From contig NC_043006.1 in assembly GCF_006345805.1 (NCBI RefSeq), forward strand, positions 75,144,001 through 75,208,000: DNA of 64,000 bases, read 5' to 3'. Below, one piece after another: positions 49,241-61,964 of this stretch. The notes beneath the pieces are model-generated. The model had not been told where the DNA came from, searched no databases, and worked only from the letters and a program-made list of their open reading frames with translations. Made by a program: the position numbers and the translations under genes. Numbering within the stretch: position 1 is the first letter of the stretch; the number at the start of each line of letters is the position of its first letter. The stretch is from Octopus sinensis. Its lineage: Eukaryota.

Positions 49241-49658
49241 CAACCTATGATAGTCTCTGCAAGTTGATGGTTCTTTTGTTGCTAAATGAGAATAATTATG
49301 TTCCACTTGTCAATTTTACAATAGTTGCCATAATTTTGTTTCTTATATGTTCAGGTCTTTTGTATTATATTTTGAAGCATGCCATAGACAATAAACCACC
49401 TAATAGATTTTCCTTTGTAGCCAAATGTAAGCTGGAAATTTTTTGAATATTTTTGTGAAATTAAACTGAGACAAACTGATATTTGCTGTATTAAATATAG
49501 TAACACTGACTTAACTATTGTTTTCCATGCAGATGGCATCTCTGCTCACCAATGCCTTCTGAGGAAATTTGGTTGATGGAAATTGCAAATCTCATGGTAG
49601 ATATGTGTGTTTGAATTTGTGTATGCATGTGAATGGGTCTATGTATATGTGTGCTTCT

Positions 49659-49897
49659 GGCAGAAAGGCGGCGAGCTGGCAGAAACGTTAGCATGCCGGG
49701 CGAAATGCTTAGCCGTATTTTGTCTGCCGTTACGTTCTGAGTTCAAATTCCGTCGAGGTCGACTTTGCCTTTCATCCTTTCGGGGTCGATAAATAAAGTA
49801 CCAGTTACGCACTGGGGCCGATGTAATCGACTTAATCACTTTGTCTGTCCTTGTTTGTCCCCTCTATGTCTAGCCCCTTGTGGGCAATAAAGAAATA
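49659..49897 (+). mobile_element. Full-length SINE A1
   Basis: 15-bp TSD TATATGTGTGCTTCT (49644-49658 and 49898-49912); extra GGCAGAAA at the 5' junction. Confidence 0.9.
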
Positions 49898-51537
49898 TAT
49901 ATGTGTGCTTCTATGTGTGTGTGTTTATGGGGATGTTTATATTTTGTAATTGCTGAGCTATAGAGGATGATAGTCATTGACAATAATCTTAAAAAGTGTA
50001 GAGGCTGCTGGACAGTTTACTAACAAATTTGTCAACAAGTTGTCTGGCAGCTCTGCTCTTTTGAAAGCAAATGGAATGAAAATTTCCCTAATTGGATAAC
50101 AGATAATGGTTAGTGATAGAAAAAACATCCAGCTGTAAAAACAATGCCTCAGTAATATGTATTCATCTAATCATGCTGACATGCAAAAACAAATGTAAAA
50201 TGAACAAATGAATACTATTTATTCACACCTTCTGTAATGTACCTATTTAGTGATTTTCACTATTTTCAGCATGTGTCGTGAAGACTATATGGTTCACTGT
50301 AATGAGCTAATATATCAGAATGTCCTTATTAGGTCTTTGAACTTTCTTTTAGCATATTGCATGCATTAAAGTTTTATTAACTCTTAGTCTTGTATGTCTA
50401 ACTCTTTCAAATCCTGAATTACTTGTCATATAGTGTTGTTGTTTGTGGCTAAAGAACAGCAACAAAGCACTCTTCTGTATGAGAAACAAACTTTAGTCTC
50501 AATTTGTGATGAACTTCCTGTCAAAAGATTTCCTGCTTATACTATGTACGCATTCTTTTTTGTAGTTTATCAAGTGAATTTCTTTGAACTTTTTTGTTCC
50601 CTTGATTTTTCAAGCATCATGGTAGCTAATACTTTTAGTGCTAACTTAGAATTCAGTGATATTTATTAAGGGTTTGTTTATTGTTATCTATGTATGATTT
50701 AATTAGAGAGAAAGAGAGCTTGGGGTTGGAGAAAATTGTCAGTGATATTTCAATGCCATCTGTATACACCAGGGTGGAATTTTGGTTGCTTCATCCTGGT
50801 TGCACTGGCATGGAGCAACTAGTGTGTGTAGGGTAGTGAGTAGGGGTTGAATAATCATGTAGTTGATCATTGCACCATTGATTTTCTTTAGTTAATGGTA
50901 AAGATAAAAAAAAAATCGTTACATATTTTAAATATATGATATCTGCATTCTGGTGGATTTATGAGAAGAGTGTTGAAACACATACTTTGCCCCTGGTGGG
51001 AAATATGTTATCGAAGGGGAGAGAATCTCTTTTCAGATAAGTTTGGAAATCCTTTGTATTTATTAACTTCAGCGTCTTTTAATTCTATCTTTTGTTTTTT
51101 TTGTTTGCAAAATAAAATCCCTAGTTCTATTTTTCTTGCAGTCTTGGGGTTTTGGGAGTCTAATTTTGTTAACCGTGAATAATACTAATTTGGTAGTTAT
51201 GTGTGTCTTAAAAACACATTTGAATAGAAGAATCAAAGGTATTAATTGCAATGCTTTTTCTAATGGGAGCAGCTTTCGAATGATAGATACCATTGGATCG
51301 CTAATTCAGCATTGAGACAGGAAATCAATGTCCAAGAATCAATATTTAGTAAATATAAGTGAAAACATCCATGTGTAATTAACTTACCTGTATTCTACCT
51401 ACCTAGGCTTATGAAAGTGACATGATAATAGATAAAAGTCTACAACAACAGCTAAACACATTCAAAGCACACATCAACAACCATTACATCCGATCACTCA
51501 ATTTCATTCAGGTTCATGTATTAGTTATATTATTAAT

Positions 51538-51885
51538 CAATCAATCAATCAATCAATTTTTATTGGCTCAAAAAGCAAAAGCAAGGCCATGTAAGGGGAC
51601 AGGGAGGTATGTACAGGGAGGATGGTCATACAAAGAGTTCAGGCCATTTCCGGTCAAAGAGACTTTGAACCGAGCGGTCATCGGCATCTTCACTATCTCA
51701 TCCGGCAGCTTATTCCATGGATCCACAACCCGGACAGAGAAAGCCCCTCTCCTTCGATTGAGATGAAATTGTCGTAGATAGTGCTTTTCAGAGTGACCCC
51801 GCAGCCCACGCTCTGGAGCAGGAGTCAAGAACAGCTTTTTCGAGAGGTTACATTTTCCGCTTATGATCTTTATACTAGACTAATG
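51538..51885 (-). mobile_element. CR1-like LINE 3' end
   Basis: RGHSEK.YLR.FHLNRRRGAFSVRVVDPWNKLPDEIV C-terminal motif; (ATTG)n tail. Confidence 0.85.
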
Positions 51886-52016
51886 ATGTTTAATCAAAGT
51901 CTCTATTTTCTAACAAGATTGGGAGATTTATATAGATGAAACACTACAAGAATTTAACAGTTAATTCTCTCTCTCCCATTCTCTTCAGCTTTTTATGTAA
52001 TTGCTATTAAGGTTCA

Positions 52017-52315
52017 TCATCATCATCATCATTTAACGTCCGCTTTCCATGCTAGCATGGGTTGGACGGTTCGACTGGGGTCTGGGAAGCCCGAAGGCTG
52101 CACCAGGCCAGTCAGATCTGGCATTCTTTCTACAGCTGGATGCCCTTCCTAACGCCAACCACTCCGTGAGTGTAGTGGGTGCTTTTTATGTGCCACCGAC
52201 ACAGGTGCCAGACGAGGCTGGCGAACGGCCACGCTTGGATGGTGTTTTTTATGTGCCACCGACACAGGTGCCAGACGAGGCTGGCGAACGGCCACGCTTG
52301 GATGGTGTTTTTTAC
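52017..52315 (-). mobile_element. RTE 3' end with an exactly duplicated hairpin unit
   Basis: Conserved tail; a ~56-bp unit is repeated twice. Confidence 0.85.
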
Positions 52316-52750
52316 ATTTCTTGATTGTTATTTTCGTTGTTATCTTTCAGTATTTTTCATTTTTATTTTTCAGTAGTAATACAAAGATCAGGTTTTGAGT
52401 GTGAGGTATCACTCAGTACACAATGTAAAGTGGTAGGTGTTAGGAAGGGCATCCAGCCATAGAAACCCTGCCAAAGCAGACATTGGAGTATGACACAGCT
52501 CTTCACTCATTAGATCCTTGCCAAACTGTCCAACCCATGCCAACCAGGAACATGGTCATTAAATGATAATAATGAGTTAGCTGCAGTTGTTATGTTTGTT
52601 AAAATAATGTAACAAGCATGGAAATAGAACATAGTTAGGAATAATTAAAAGTAATTAGAAATAATTATGCAGTATAGGATAGCCAAGATTGGTTTATGGT
52701 TAATTAACTGAATCATTTCAGTAAATGTGGGGGAAAAAAAAAAAACAACA

Positions 52751-52794
52751 ACTTCAAACCATGTTTCAGTCTTATTAGACCTCATCAGTGAAGT
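52751..52794 (-). ncRNA. Minimal type I hammerhead ribozyme motif
   Basis: ACTTCA-CTGATGA-GGTC-TAATAA-GACT-GAAA-C-ATG-GTT-TGAAGT: 6-bp stem I, 4-bp stem II, GUU triad. Confidence 0.6.
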
Positions 52795-53078
52795 GTACAC
52801 GTCATTCTACTTGCTGAAACAATGAAGTACTAGACATGAAAAAATTTGCATATTCAAGTAAAGAATCAAATGCAAAAGTCACTGACTCTATATGCTTAGG
52901 GACACCATCTGCATGAAAAAACAAGAGTGACATTTCAGGAAATTCAATGATCAGCTGCACTTTTGCACTGTTGAATATATGTAGTGCATCTGAAGTGATG
53001 ATCTTTGAGGACAACTGTTCTTTTTAATTTACTATCTGTAATACAGTAGTTCTTTATACTTCAGTACTTTGTACTTCA

Positions 53079-53383
53079 GTGGAGGCAGATGGCCTAGTGG
53101 TTAGAGCAGTGGACTCATGGTTGAGAGATCGTGGATTCGAATCTCAAACTGGGCGATGTGTGTGTTTATGAGCAAAACACTTAAGCTCCACGTGGCTCTG
53201 GCAGAAGGTAATGGCGAACTTCTGCTGACTCTTTTGCTACAACTTTCTCTCACTCTTTCTTCCTATATCTAGCAGCTCACCTGCGACGGACCGGTGTCTC
53301 GTCCAGGTGGGGAATCTATATGCCTAGGAAACCGGGAAACCGGCCCTATAAGCCAGGCATGGCCCGAGAAGGAACAAACAACA
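53079..53383 (+). mobile_element. Full-length SINE family C
   Basis: 13-bp TSD ACTTTGTACTTCA (53066-53078 and 53384-53396). Confidence 0.9.
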
Positions 53384-54049
53384 ACTTTGTACTTCAATAT
53401 CCTTAAATATAGCAGTTGTTCGTACTTTGATTTCTTTTCAGTACCTTTCAATACAGTTGTCCTTTGTACTTTAGTAACTTTGGACACGGCAGTCCTTTGT
53501 ACTTTAGTGTCTGTATTGAAGTAGCCTTTTGTATTATAGTTTCTTTGAGTACATTTGTACTTTATGCTCAAGATGTTTGATTACAGTAGCCCAGTACAAT
53601 CACTACTCAGCAATTTTGCTTCTGCAATTAACCTAACGAGTGACAGAGGACAAAATGTTTTGTTCTCAAATATTTCACTTTGTAATTACCTGTTTAAGTC
53701 GCTGCTTCTCCTGCCACTGCTGCTGCTGTTGGTTTTGTTGGTGTTGTCGTTATTCATTTGGTCTGTTCACCTTGGCGCAAACAAACCCATGACACTTAGA
53801 TTAGCCAAATGAATGCTTTGGAACAGTCAATCAGCAATCCAGCAACGGCAGTTTGTTCTTTTGTTGTCGGCATCACTGCTCTAGTGTTTTTGCTTTTCAC
53901 ACGTGTAATTTCCGTTTGGAAGAAGACAGCAGGAAGTTTTTAACCCTTTTTGCCGCTGAAATCACAGACATGACATCCAATCGAAATTTCATTAGCCTTA
54001 AACTGCAGAAAGCAGTTTTATATATCAGTCTCCCTTTTGTTGAGGAATG

Positions 54050-54530
54050 GCATCATCATCATCATCATCATCATCATTGTCAATGTCATCATTGTAATCA
54101 TCATCATCATCGTAATTGTCCTCATCACCACCACCGCCACATCCTCTACCACCATCACCACTACCACCACCACCACCACACCATCACTGTCACCACCACC
54201 ACAACCACCACCACCACCATCACCACTACCATCACTGCCACTACATCGACCACCACCGCCGCCGTCGCCACTGCCACCACCACCACCACCACCACCACCA
54301 CCCCGATCCTTTAATATTCGTTTTCCATGCTGGCTTGGGTTGGATGGTTTGGCCCAGAGCTGACAAGTAGGGGAGCTGCATCAGACTCCAGCTGTCTGTT
54401 TTGGCATGGTTTCTACAGCTGGATGCTCTTCCTGATGCCAACCACTTTACAGTGGGTGCTGGGTGCCTTTTATATGGCACATGGCCTTTTGCATGGCACC
54501 AGCATGAGGGATTTTACATGGTGCTGGCCT
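54050..54530. repeat. (CAT)n/(CAC)n microsatellite grading into a diverged RTE tail (-)
   Basis: Visible repeats followed by TTTCCATGCTGGCTTGGGTTGG. Confidence 0.75.
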
Positions 54531-54573
54531 GTTAAAAACTATTACTTATTAAGATATGTGAAGTTTATCAACA

Positions 54574-54832
54574 CGTAAAGCTCTATCTGCGACGATTTCA
54601 TCTCAATCGAAGGAGAGGGGCTTTCTCTGTCCGGGTTGCAGATCCGTCGAATAAGCTGCTGGATGAGATAGTGAAGATGCCGACGACTGCTCGGTTCAAA
54701 ATCTCTCTTGACCAGAAATGGCCTGAACTCTTTGCATGAACACCCTCCCTGTACATAACTCCATGTCATCCATATATGGCCTTGCTTTTTGCCTTTTGAG
54801 CCAAAAAATTAACTTAACTTAACTTAACTTAA
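54574..54832 (+). mobile_element. CR1-like LINE 3' end (same family as 51538-51885)
   Basis: KLYLRRFHLNRRRGAFSVRV...; (TTAAC)n tail. Confidence 0.85.
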
Positions 54833-54930
54833 TATTGTGACTTGCAGAAAATAACAGTTTTTTTGTGTGGATGGGGTGGAGGTAGATTTTTAACACCATG
54901 ACTTGAATAACTATGGAATTTTATATCACA

Positions 54931-55306
54931 CTAGCAGTATTGCCCGGCGTTGCTCGGGTTTGTAAGGGAAATAACTATATAAGCATTTTTAGAGAGTTAT
55001 AGCCAAAAAATAGCAAAAAAATGCAAAAAAAATGATGGTAAATTATTTTAAAAATCGTTGACTCATCGTAGACATTTTTAGAGAGTTACTTCCCTTATAT
55101 AATAGCGAAAAAATGCATTAAAATGGAAAAAAATGATGGTAAATTTTTTTTTAAATCGTAGACTCATGCTAATACCCAGAATGGCTCGATATGGATCACG
55201 ACTATAAGATACCTGCTTTTGGTTAAACTGCACCGCAAAATGTGGGAGTAGTTAGGAATCTAAATCGTAAGAGACAGACACACAACTTCTCTTTTATATA
55301 TAAAGA
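54931..55306 (-). mobile_element. Non-autonomous Helitron-like element
   Basis: A|TC start, hairpin CCCGAGCAACGCCGGG, CTAG|T end. Confidence 0.75.
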
Positions 55307-56934
55307 TTTAAAGAGTTAAGGAAGAAATAGCTTCTATTTTAAGTAACCTCATTGAAACTCCTCTGTTACCTTATAACCACAGTTTAAGCTTCTGTGATTA
55401 GTTATATTACTGTGAAGTTATTTTCAGATATTTTAGTTGTTATACCTCATTAGCTAACTAACATGTTTCAAGCAGATGTGGTGAACCTGGTGTTGGACTT
55501 CACATTCTTTGCACTTGTGCTTGTCAAATAGTTTTATTGGCTGTATGATGTTTAGATAACAACCAGAAAATATATAGTCATAAAGGAATCTAGTGAAGCA
55601 CTTTAGTGACAGATGAAGGTACTTGACACAGTCATGTTAAAAATATGGTTGAAATTTAAAAGAAAAAAATAACAAACCAAAAATGCCCTAATAATACAAA
55701 AAAACATAAAAACAAAGAAATAAAAGCGAATGTAGGGTGGTGTTATTGTTGTTTTTTGTCTCGGTCATTTCTGATTAAGTGCACCTTTTGGATACCAATC
55801 AGAGCCTGAACTGTTCCTGGTTCTGTGATTCAAATTTCTTGCTTGAAAGTGTTCTAGATTAAAACTTCTCATAAAATTTCATGCTAAGTAATGTGGCTGT
55901 GTGGTAAGAAGCTTGCATCCCAACCGCTTATGTGTATGTGTGCGCGTGTGTGTGTGTGTGTATGTGTGTGTGGTGTGTGTGTGTGTGCATGTGTGTGTGT
56001 GTGTGTGCATGTGTTTGTTTATATGTTTATCTCCCCGGTGCTTGACAACCGGTGCTGGTTTGTTTACATCCCCACAACTTAGTGGTTTGGCAAAGGAAAC
56101 TGACATAGGTACTGGGATTCAATTTGTTTGACCAAAGCACTTCATGGCGGTGCCCCCAGCATGGTCACTGTCGAACAATTGAAATGCCATAAAAGATCAC
56201 GGATTAATGATTATTTTTCAAAATTAATTAAAATAGAGGGATTGTATGTATTGAGATAGAATACCCAAAAGAGTACAACTATGATCAAAAGCATTCCAGA
56301 TCTGACCTCCTCTCTTTTTCTTTTTTTCCTTTAATATAAATAGCTATTGGTGTTGAAAATCATTAGGACCATTCATCAAGGCTTGCGTTACAATTGCTGA
56401 GAATTCCATGAAAAATATATGAATAATATACAATAAACTATAAAAATGAACTACTTCAAATGTGTTTAAACTACTTTAGAATACGTTAAAGAAAGACTTT
56501 ATTGTTTCTTATTTTGTTTTAATTAACTTTCAGATAAAAACCAAAAAAAAAACAACAGAAAAAAACTGTTTAATTCTTTTATTATCATTTACACACATTT
56601 CAAACACGAACATCTCGATTCCTCTCGTAACTCCGTTTTACAAAACAAAGGTTTGCTTTATGCAGCCGTTCGAAAAACCAGCTCTTTCGCAGTGTAGTAA
56701 ATTAAATTGAAATGCATGGAATGGAACTCCCATTTTTTACTTGCATGTGTTATGGGAAACTGAATATCAAAAAGTCAAGGTCACAAGTGATGTCGGTGGT
56801 AGTGGTGGTCGTAGTGCTAGTGGTGGAGGTGATGGTGAGGTGTAGTTTTATATTTGAATGTATATTAAAAAAAAAAGCAAACATGATTGAGAAGAAAATA
56901 AATGACTGATTTAAAAAAAAAAAAAATTGTTATA

Positions 56935-57329
56935 GGCGCAGGAGTGGCTGTGTGGTAAGGTAGCTTGTTTACCAATCACATGGTTCCGGGTTCAGTCCCA
57001 CTGCGTGGCACCTTGGGCAAGTGTCTTCTACTATAGCCTCGGGCCGACCAAAGCCTTGTGAGTGGATTTGGTAGACAGAAACTGAAAGAAGCCCATCGTA
57101 TATATATGTGTGTGTGTGTTTGTGTGTCTGTGTTTGTCCCCCTAGCATTGCTTGACAACTGATGCTGGTGTGTTTATGTCCCCATTACTTAGCGGTTCGG
57201 CAAAAGAGACTGATAGAATAAGTACTGGGCTTACAAACGAATAAGTTCCGGGGTCGAGTTGCTCGATTAAAGGTGGTGCTCCAGCATGGTCGCAGTCAAA
57301 TGACTGAAACAAGTAAAGGAGTAAAGGAG
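56935..57329 (+). mobile_element. Full-length SINE family B (probably related to the octopus OR2 CORE-SINE)
   Basis: A box GTGGCTGTGTGG, B box GGTTCAGTCCC, CCTTGGGCAAGTG CORE-like motif, (TAAAGGAG)n tail. The family name is an inference. Confidence 0.85.
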
Positions 57330-57528
57330 ATGTGTGGGGGGTCATATTATACTTGAGTTCATAAGTAAATATGATATATCTCTACTTGTGATAATATACA
57401 TATATGTATATAATATATATGCATGCATGCATACCTACATATCCACACATGCATGCATAATAGCATAATATACTGTATCTATCTATGTCTCTCTCTCTCT
57501 CTCTCTCTCTCTCCATCTATCCATATGT

Positions 57529-57561
<33 letters not shown>

Positions 57562-57590
57562 TAGGCAGACAGGCAGGCAGATATTAGCAT

Positions 57591-57637
<47 letters not shown>

Positions 57638-57839
57638 CACACATACGCACACACAATATATATATATATATGTGATATATATAATCCATATGTATTTATA
57701 TAAACACACACACAGGCACTTTTGGCAAGTGTCTTCTACTATAGCCTCGAGCTGACCAAAGTCACCTGAGTAGATTTGTAGGCGGAAACTGAAAGAAGCC
57801 CGTTGTATATATATATATATATATATGTTGAACTCGGGA

Positions 57840-58125
57840 CACATAACAACATTACGTCACAACTGCTTTACCGCAACTGGTCCAGCTCTGTTTAATGCCA
57901 TACCAAAATATGTCAAAACGGAAATGAATCCCATAAAATTCAAAAGTTCACTGGACAAATTTCTTTGAAAAATCCCAGATCAATCTCCTCCCCCTGGATA
58001 TGTCTCCAACAATAATAACTCCTTGTAAGAGTGGGCCATAGTGACCCATATATGACTAAAAGACTTCACTAGGTGATGCTATTAAATTAGACATGGCCTG
58101 AGCCTATTCTGGCTGAAACCTATCA
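57840..58125 (+). mobile_element. CR1/L2-group LINE 3' end, different family
   Basis: HNCFTATGPALFNAIPK...FKSSLDKFL*KIPDQ...GY C-terminal motif with stops. Confidence 0.65.
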
Positions 58126-59133
58126 AAGTTATATATATATGTGGTGTGTGTACATGTTTGTGTATATGTGTTTGTCCCTCCACCATCATTTGACAGCCGA
58201 TGTTGGTGTGTTTACGTCCCCGTAACTTAGCAGTTCAGCAAAAGAGACCAATAGAATAGATACTAGGCTTACAAAGAATAAGTCCTAGGGTTGATTTGTT
58301 CAACTAAAGGTGGTGCTCCAGCATGTCCACTGTCAAATGACTGAAACAAATAGAAGAATACAGATGCAGCACGGAATTTTGTCAGCGGACAGGTCACGGT
58401 TTCAAAGCGATGAAAATATTTTGGCAAATTAGATTTAAATGTTGAAGTGAATCTAACCCATCCATCCTACCCACTACTCCAATCCCATTCCTTCTCCAGA
58501 CCAGCCTTCAATAAACAGACATAAGATGAATGACTTTTTTCCAAGCCAGCTATGATTGTCCACACATATATATATATACATATATACAACGGGTTTCTTT
58601 CCACGCAGCGATTGTTTTTGTTTCAGCACATAATCTCAGATCAGGTCACTTGCTAAGAAAGTACATCTCCGTAATAAAAGAATATATGTGTGTGTGTGTG
58701 TGTGGGGGGGATATTCAATGAAATGGTGTTGTTATTTTTTGTATTTACTGTAGTGTCTATCTTTTGTTGTAACATTGTATTCAAATCAATAAAGCTTTTT
58801 TCTCTCCAACAAATGTGTCTTCTTTTGTCACATTTTAATAAAACATAGACGTATACTTTCATTGGCTTGTCACATAAATATGTACAATGAACTCCACAAA
58901 AAATTTCTCAAAAGAAAATGAAAATTCACCCAGGAGTGCCACAGGTTTAAAATACATGGTTTTCAAACTGTGGTTTGCTTTTAAATGCAAATGTACGTTG
59001 CATAATGCTGACCTGTGTTAAAAGACACGGAAACTCCCATATGTTCAGTACTAGCTAATATAGTTAGTTTCTGTAATACATACATACATGCGTACATGCA
59101 TATATATATATATATACATATATGCATGTACGC

Positions 59134-59170
<37 letters not shown>

Positions 59171-59207
59171 ATATATATACATATATATACATATATATAT
59201 ACACATA

Positions 59208-59238
<31 letters not shown>

Positions 59239-59251
59239 GCATGTACGCATG

Positions 59252-59284
<33 letters not shown>

Positions 59285-59689
59285 GTAGGCATACTATATA
59301 TAGCTTTGTATTGATGAAAGAAAGAGGAAAGGGGAAAGTTAGGAAGCAGAGGATTTTGTAAACTCCTAGTCGTTGGAGGCCATGACCTGGTTTGATATCC
59401 GGTTGTAGCCATTCCACTTCACACATCAGTATGTTATTAATGCCATTGGTGAGAAAGGAGGGTGTGTGTGTGGTCCTATACAGTTTTGTTCCTCCTCTTT
59501 TGTAGAAGTGTGGCTCTCAATCACCCTGACATCATTTTTCTTCCTCTCCCATATAGAATAATGTTTTCGTATATTATATAAAGTCATGCAAATTTTACGG
59601 TGGGATGTAGATGACTTACCAATAAAAGTCCATGTGTATTGTATAATGCATGATTTATTATGTATGTATATTAATTCTTTTATTCTCTC

Positions 59690-60080
59690 ATTGTTTTACT
59701 TGTTTCAGTCGTTTGACTGTGGTCATGCTGGAGCACTGCCTTTAGTTGAACAATCTGACCTCAGGACTTATTCTTTGTAAGCTGTAGTACTTATTCTATC
59801 GGTCTCATTTGCCGAACCGCTAAGTTACAGGGACGGAAACTCACCAACATCGGTTGTCAAGCGATGGTGAAGGGGTCAAACACAAACACACTCACATATA
59901 CACACACACACACACATACACACACACGCATGATGGGCTTTCTGTTGACCAATTCCACTCACAAGGCATTTGTCGGCCTGAAGCTGTAATAGAAAACACA
60001 TGCCCAAGGTGCCATGCAGTGGGATTGAACCCGGAACCTTGTGGTTGGGAAGCAAGCTTCTTACCACACAGCTACACCTG
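59690..60080 (-). mobile_element. SINE family B
   Basis: Reverse-complement match to family B. Confidence 0.8.
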
Positions 60081-60397
60081 TTTATGATGTTGCTACATGC
60101 CTCCACACACATGGTACACATCTTGATTTGGGCTTCTAAAATGTCTTAAAACGTTATTATGGCATATATAACACCCTATGTCACACAAGTGCCACAAGAG
60201 TAGATATATACATATATATATATATATATATACGTGATGCATATATGCCATTTGAATATGGCTAACCCAAAAGGGTGGATGCTACTGTAGTTTGTAGCCC
60301 CAGGAAGACACCTCCTCCCGCTGGCTATAGACACACTATCTGTGTCCTGTCAGTATTTGTGAAGGGGAGTCATCCTCCCTGTCTTCAACACATGATA

Positions 60398-60442
60398 CAC
60401 ACGTACCCGAGTTTCAAGGTGTTTACCTTTCATCAGCGTGTG
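60398..60442 (-). ncRNA. Intact minimal type I hammerhead ribozyme motif
   Basis: CACACG-CTGATGA-AAGGT-AAAC-ACCTT-GAAA-C-TCGG-GTA-CGTGTG: perfect 6-bp stem I, 5-bp stem II, full core, GUA triad. Confidence 0.8.
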
Positions 60443-60571
60443 ACAATCATGGTTGTCGACGAGAAGTCAGATTGCTTCACAAATACATATACTTTTTCCA
60501 GTGTCGATATGACACTGATATTGAAAAAGTGAAATCAAACAATGATAACTCGCTCTGAGATTTATCATTGT

Positions 60572-60631
<60 letters not shown>

Positions 60632-61345
60632 GTATGTGTGTGGTGTGTGTAAATGGAAAATGTATAAACAGACAACATAACATATACTGAATGCAAAAAT
60701 GAACAGGAGACAAACAGAAGGTCCGTAATTCTTCATCAGTTATCGACCAATAGTACCGTTCAGTTTCACACCTATAAAGATAAGACTAAGTGCTTCCCAA
60801 TTGGCAGTGCTTGCAAAAAGAAGTTTCCTTGCATAGAATTAGGGACAAGAGCAAACAAAACAAAAACAAAACAAGCAAAATGAAACGGCATGTGATTTAG
60901 GATGGTGGACGAGGACAAACAGTGAAACAAAATTCAACCTTGGGACCAACCAAAGAGATGAGAATAGTGGTTAACATTTTGAAAATGTTTGGAAGGATGG
61001 AGAATGGAGAGAGACAGAGAATTTGCAACTGGTCAGCTAAGGGACCAGTCTAAGAAAGGAAGAAAAAAGAGGAACTGGCCACTGGTCATGTGATAGCAGC
61101 AGGCAGAGGGAAAAGAGAGCAGGGAGAAGGAGCGACAGAGAGCAAGCCAGGCAAAATGCTTAGAAGTATTTTGTTTGCTTTTATGTTCTGAGTTCAAATT
61201 TTGCCAAGGTCGACTTTGCTTTTTTATCCTTTCAGGGTCATTAATAAGTACCAGTTATGCATTGGGGATCGATGTAATCAGCCAGTCCCTTGCCCTAAAA
61301 TTGCTGCCCTTGTGTCAGAATTTGAAATCAATATGTATTCAGTAT

Positions 61346-61468
61346 AAGGCGGCAAGCTGGCAGAATTGTTAGCATGCTGAGAAAAATATTTAGCAGCATC
61401 TCTTTCGTATTTACATTCTGGGTTCAAATTCAGCCAAGGTAGACGGAAACTGAAAGAAGCCTGTCGTA

Positions 61469-61513
<45 letters not shown>

Positions 61514-61514
61514 A

Positions 61515-61569
<55 letters not shown>

Positions 61570-61770
61570 TTGTGTGTCTGTGTTCGTTCCCTCAACATTG
61601 CTTGACAATTGATGCTGGTGTGTTTACGTCCCCGTATCTTAGTAGTTCAGCAAAATAGATTGATAGAATAAGTACTAGGCTTACAAAGAATAAGTCCTGG
61701 TGTCGATTTGCTTGACTAAAGGCGGTGCTCTAGCATGGCCACAGTCAGATGACTAAAACAAGTAAAAGAG
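61346..61770 (+). mobile_element. Chimeric SINE: family A head joined to family B body
   Basis: ...TTCAAATTCAGCCAAGGT|AGACGGAAACTGAAAGAAGCC... junction at ~61440. Confidence 0.7.
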
Positions 61771-61836
61771 TTCTAATATTGGAAGATGTTTCATATCATG
61801 AGGAAAAAACGTAATATTCTGGGTATTTGTTATTTG

Positions 61837-61900
<64 letters not shown>

Positions 61901-61927
61901 AAAAATATCACGGTATGATATGACCTT

Positions 61928-61964
<37 letters not shown>

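Noticed and set aside
49421-49426. 6-nt plus-strand microexon TTTGTAG|CCAAAT|GTAAGC
   Set aside because: Splice signals alone arise by chance; no supporting plus-strand gene.
52802-53014. 70-aa minus-strand ORF in unique sequence
   Set aside because: Weak splice signals and no recognisable homology.
53079-53150. tRNA genes (heads of SINE C, D and G)
   Set aside because: They continue into SINE bodies with TSDs and lack a clean cloverleaf.
53690-53757. Possible first coding exon (-), MNNDNTNKTNSSSSGRRSSDLN, with donor CAG|GTAATT
   Set aside because: Low-complexity sequence; no compatible next exon found; chance is plausible.
58090-58120. CTGAGCC-TATTCT-GGCTGAAAC as a plus-strand hammerhead
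   Set aside because: Core incomplete; better explained as a LINE 3' UTR stem-loop.
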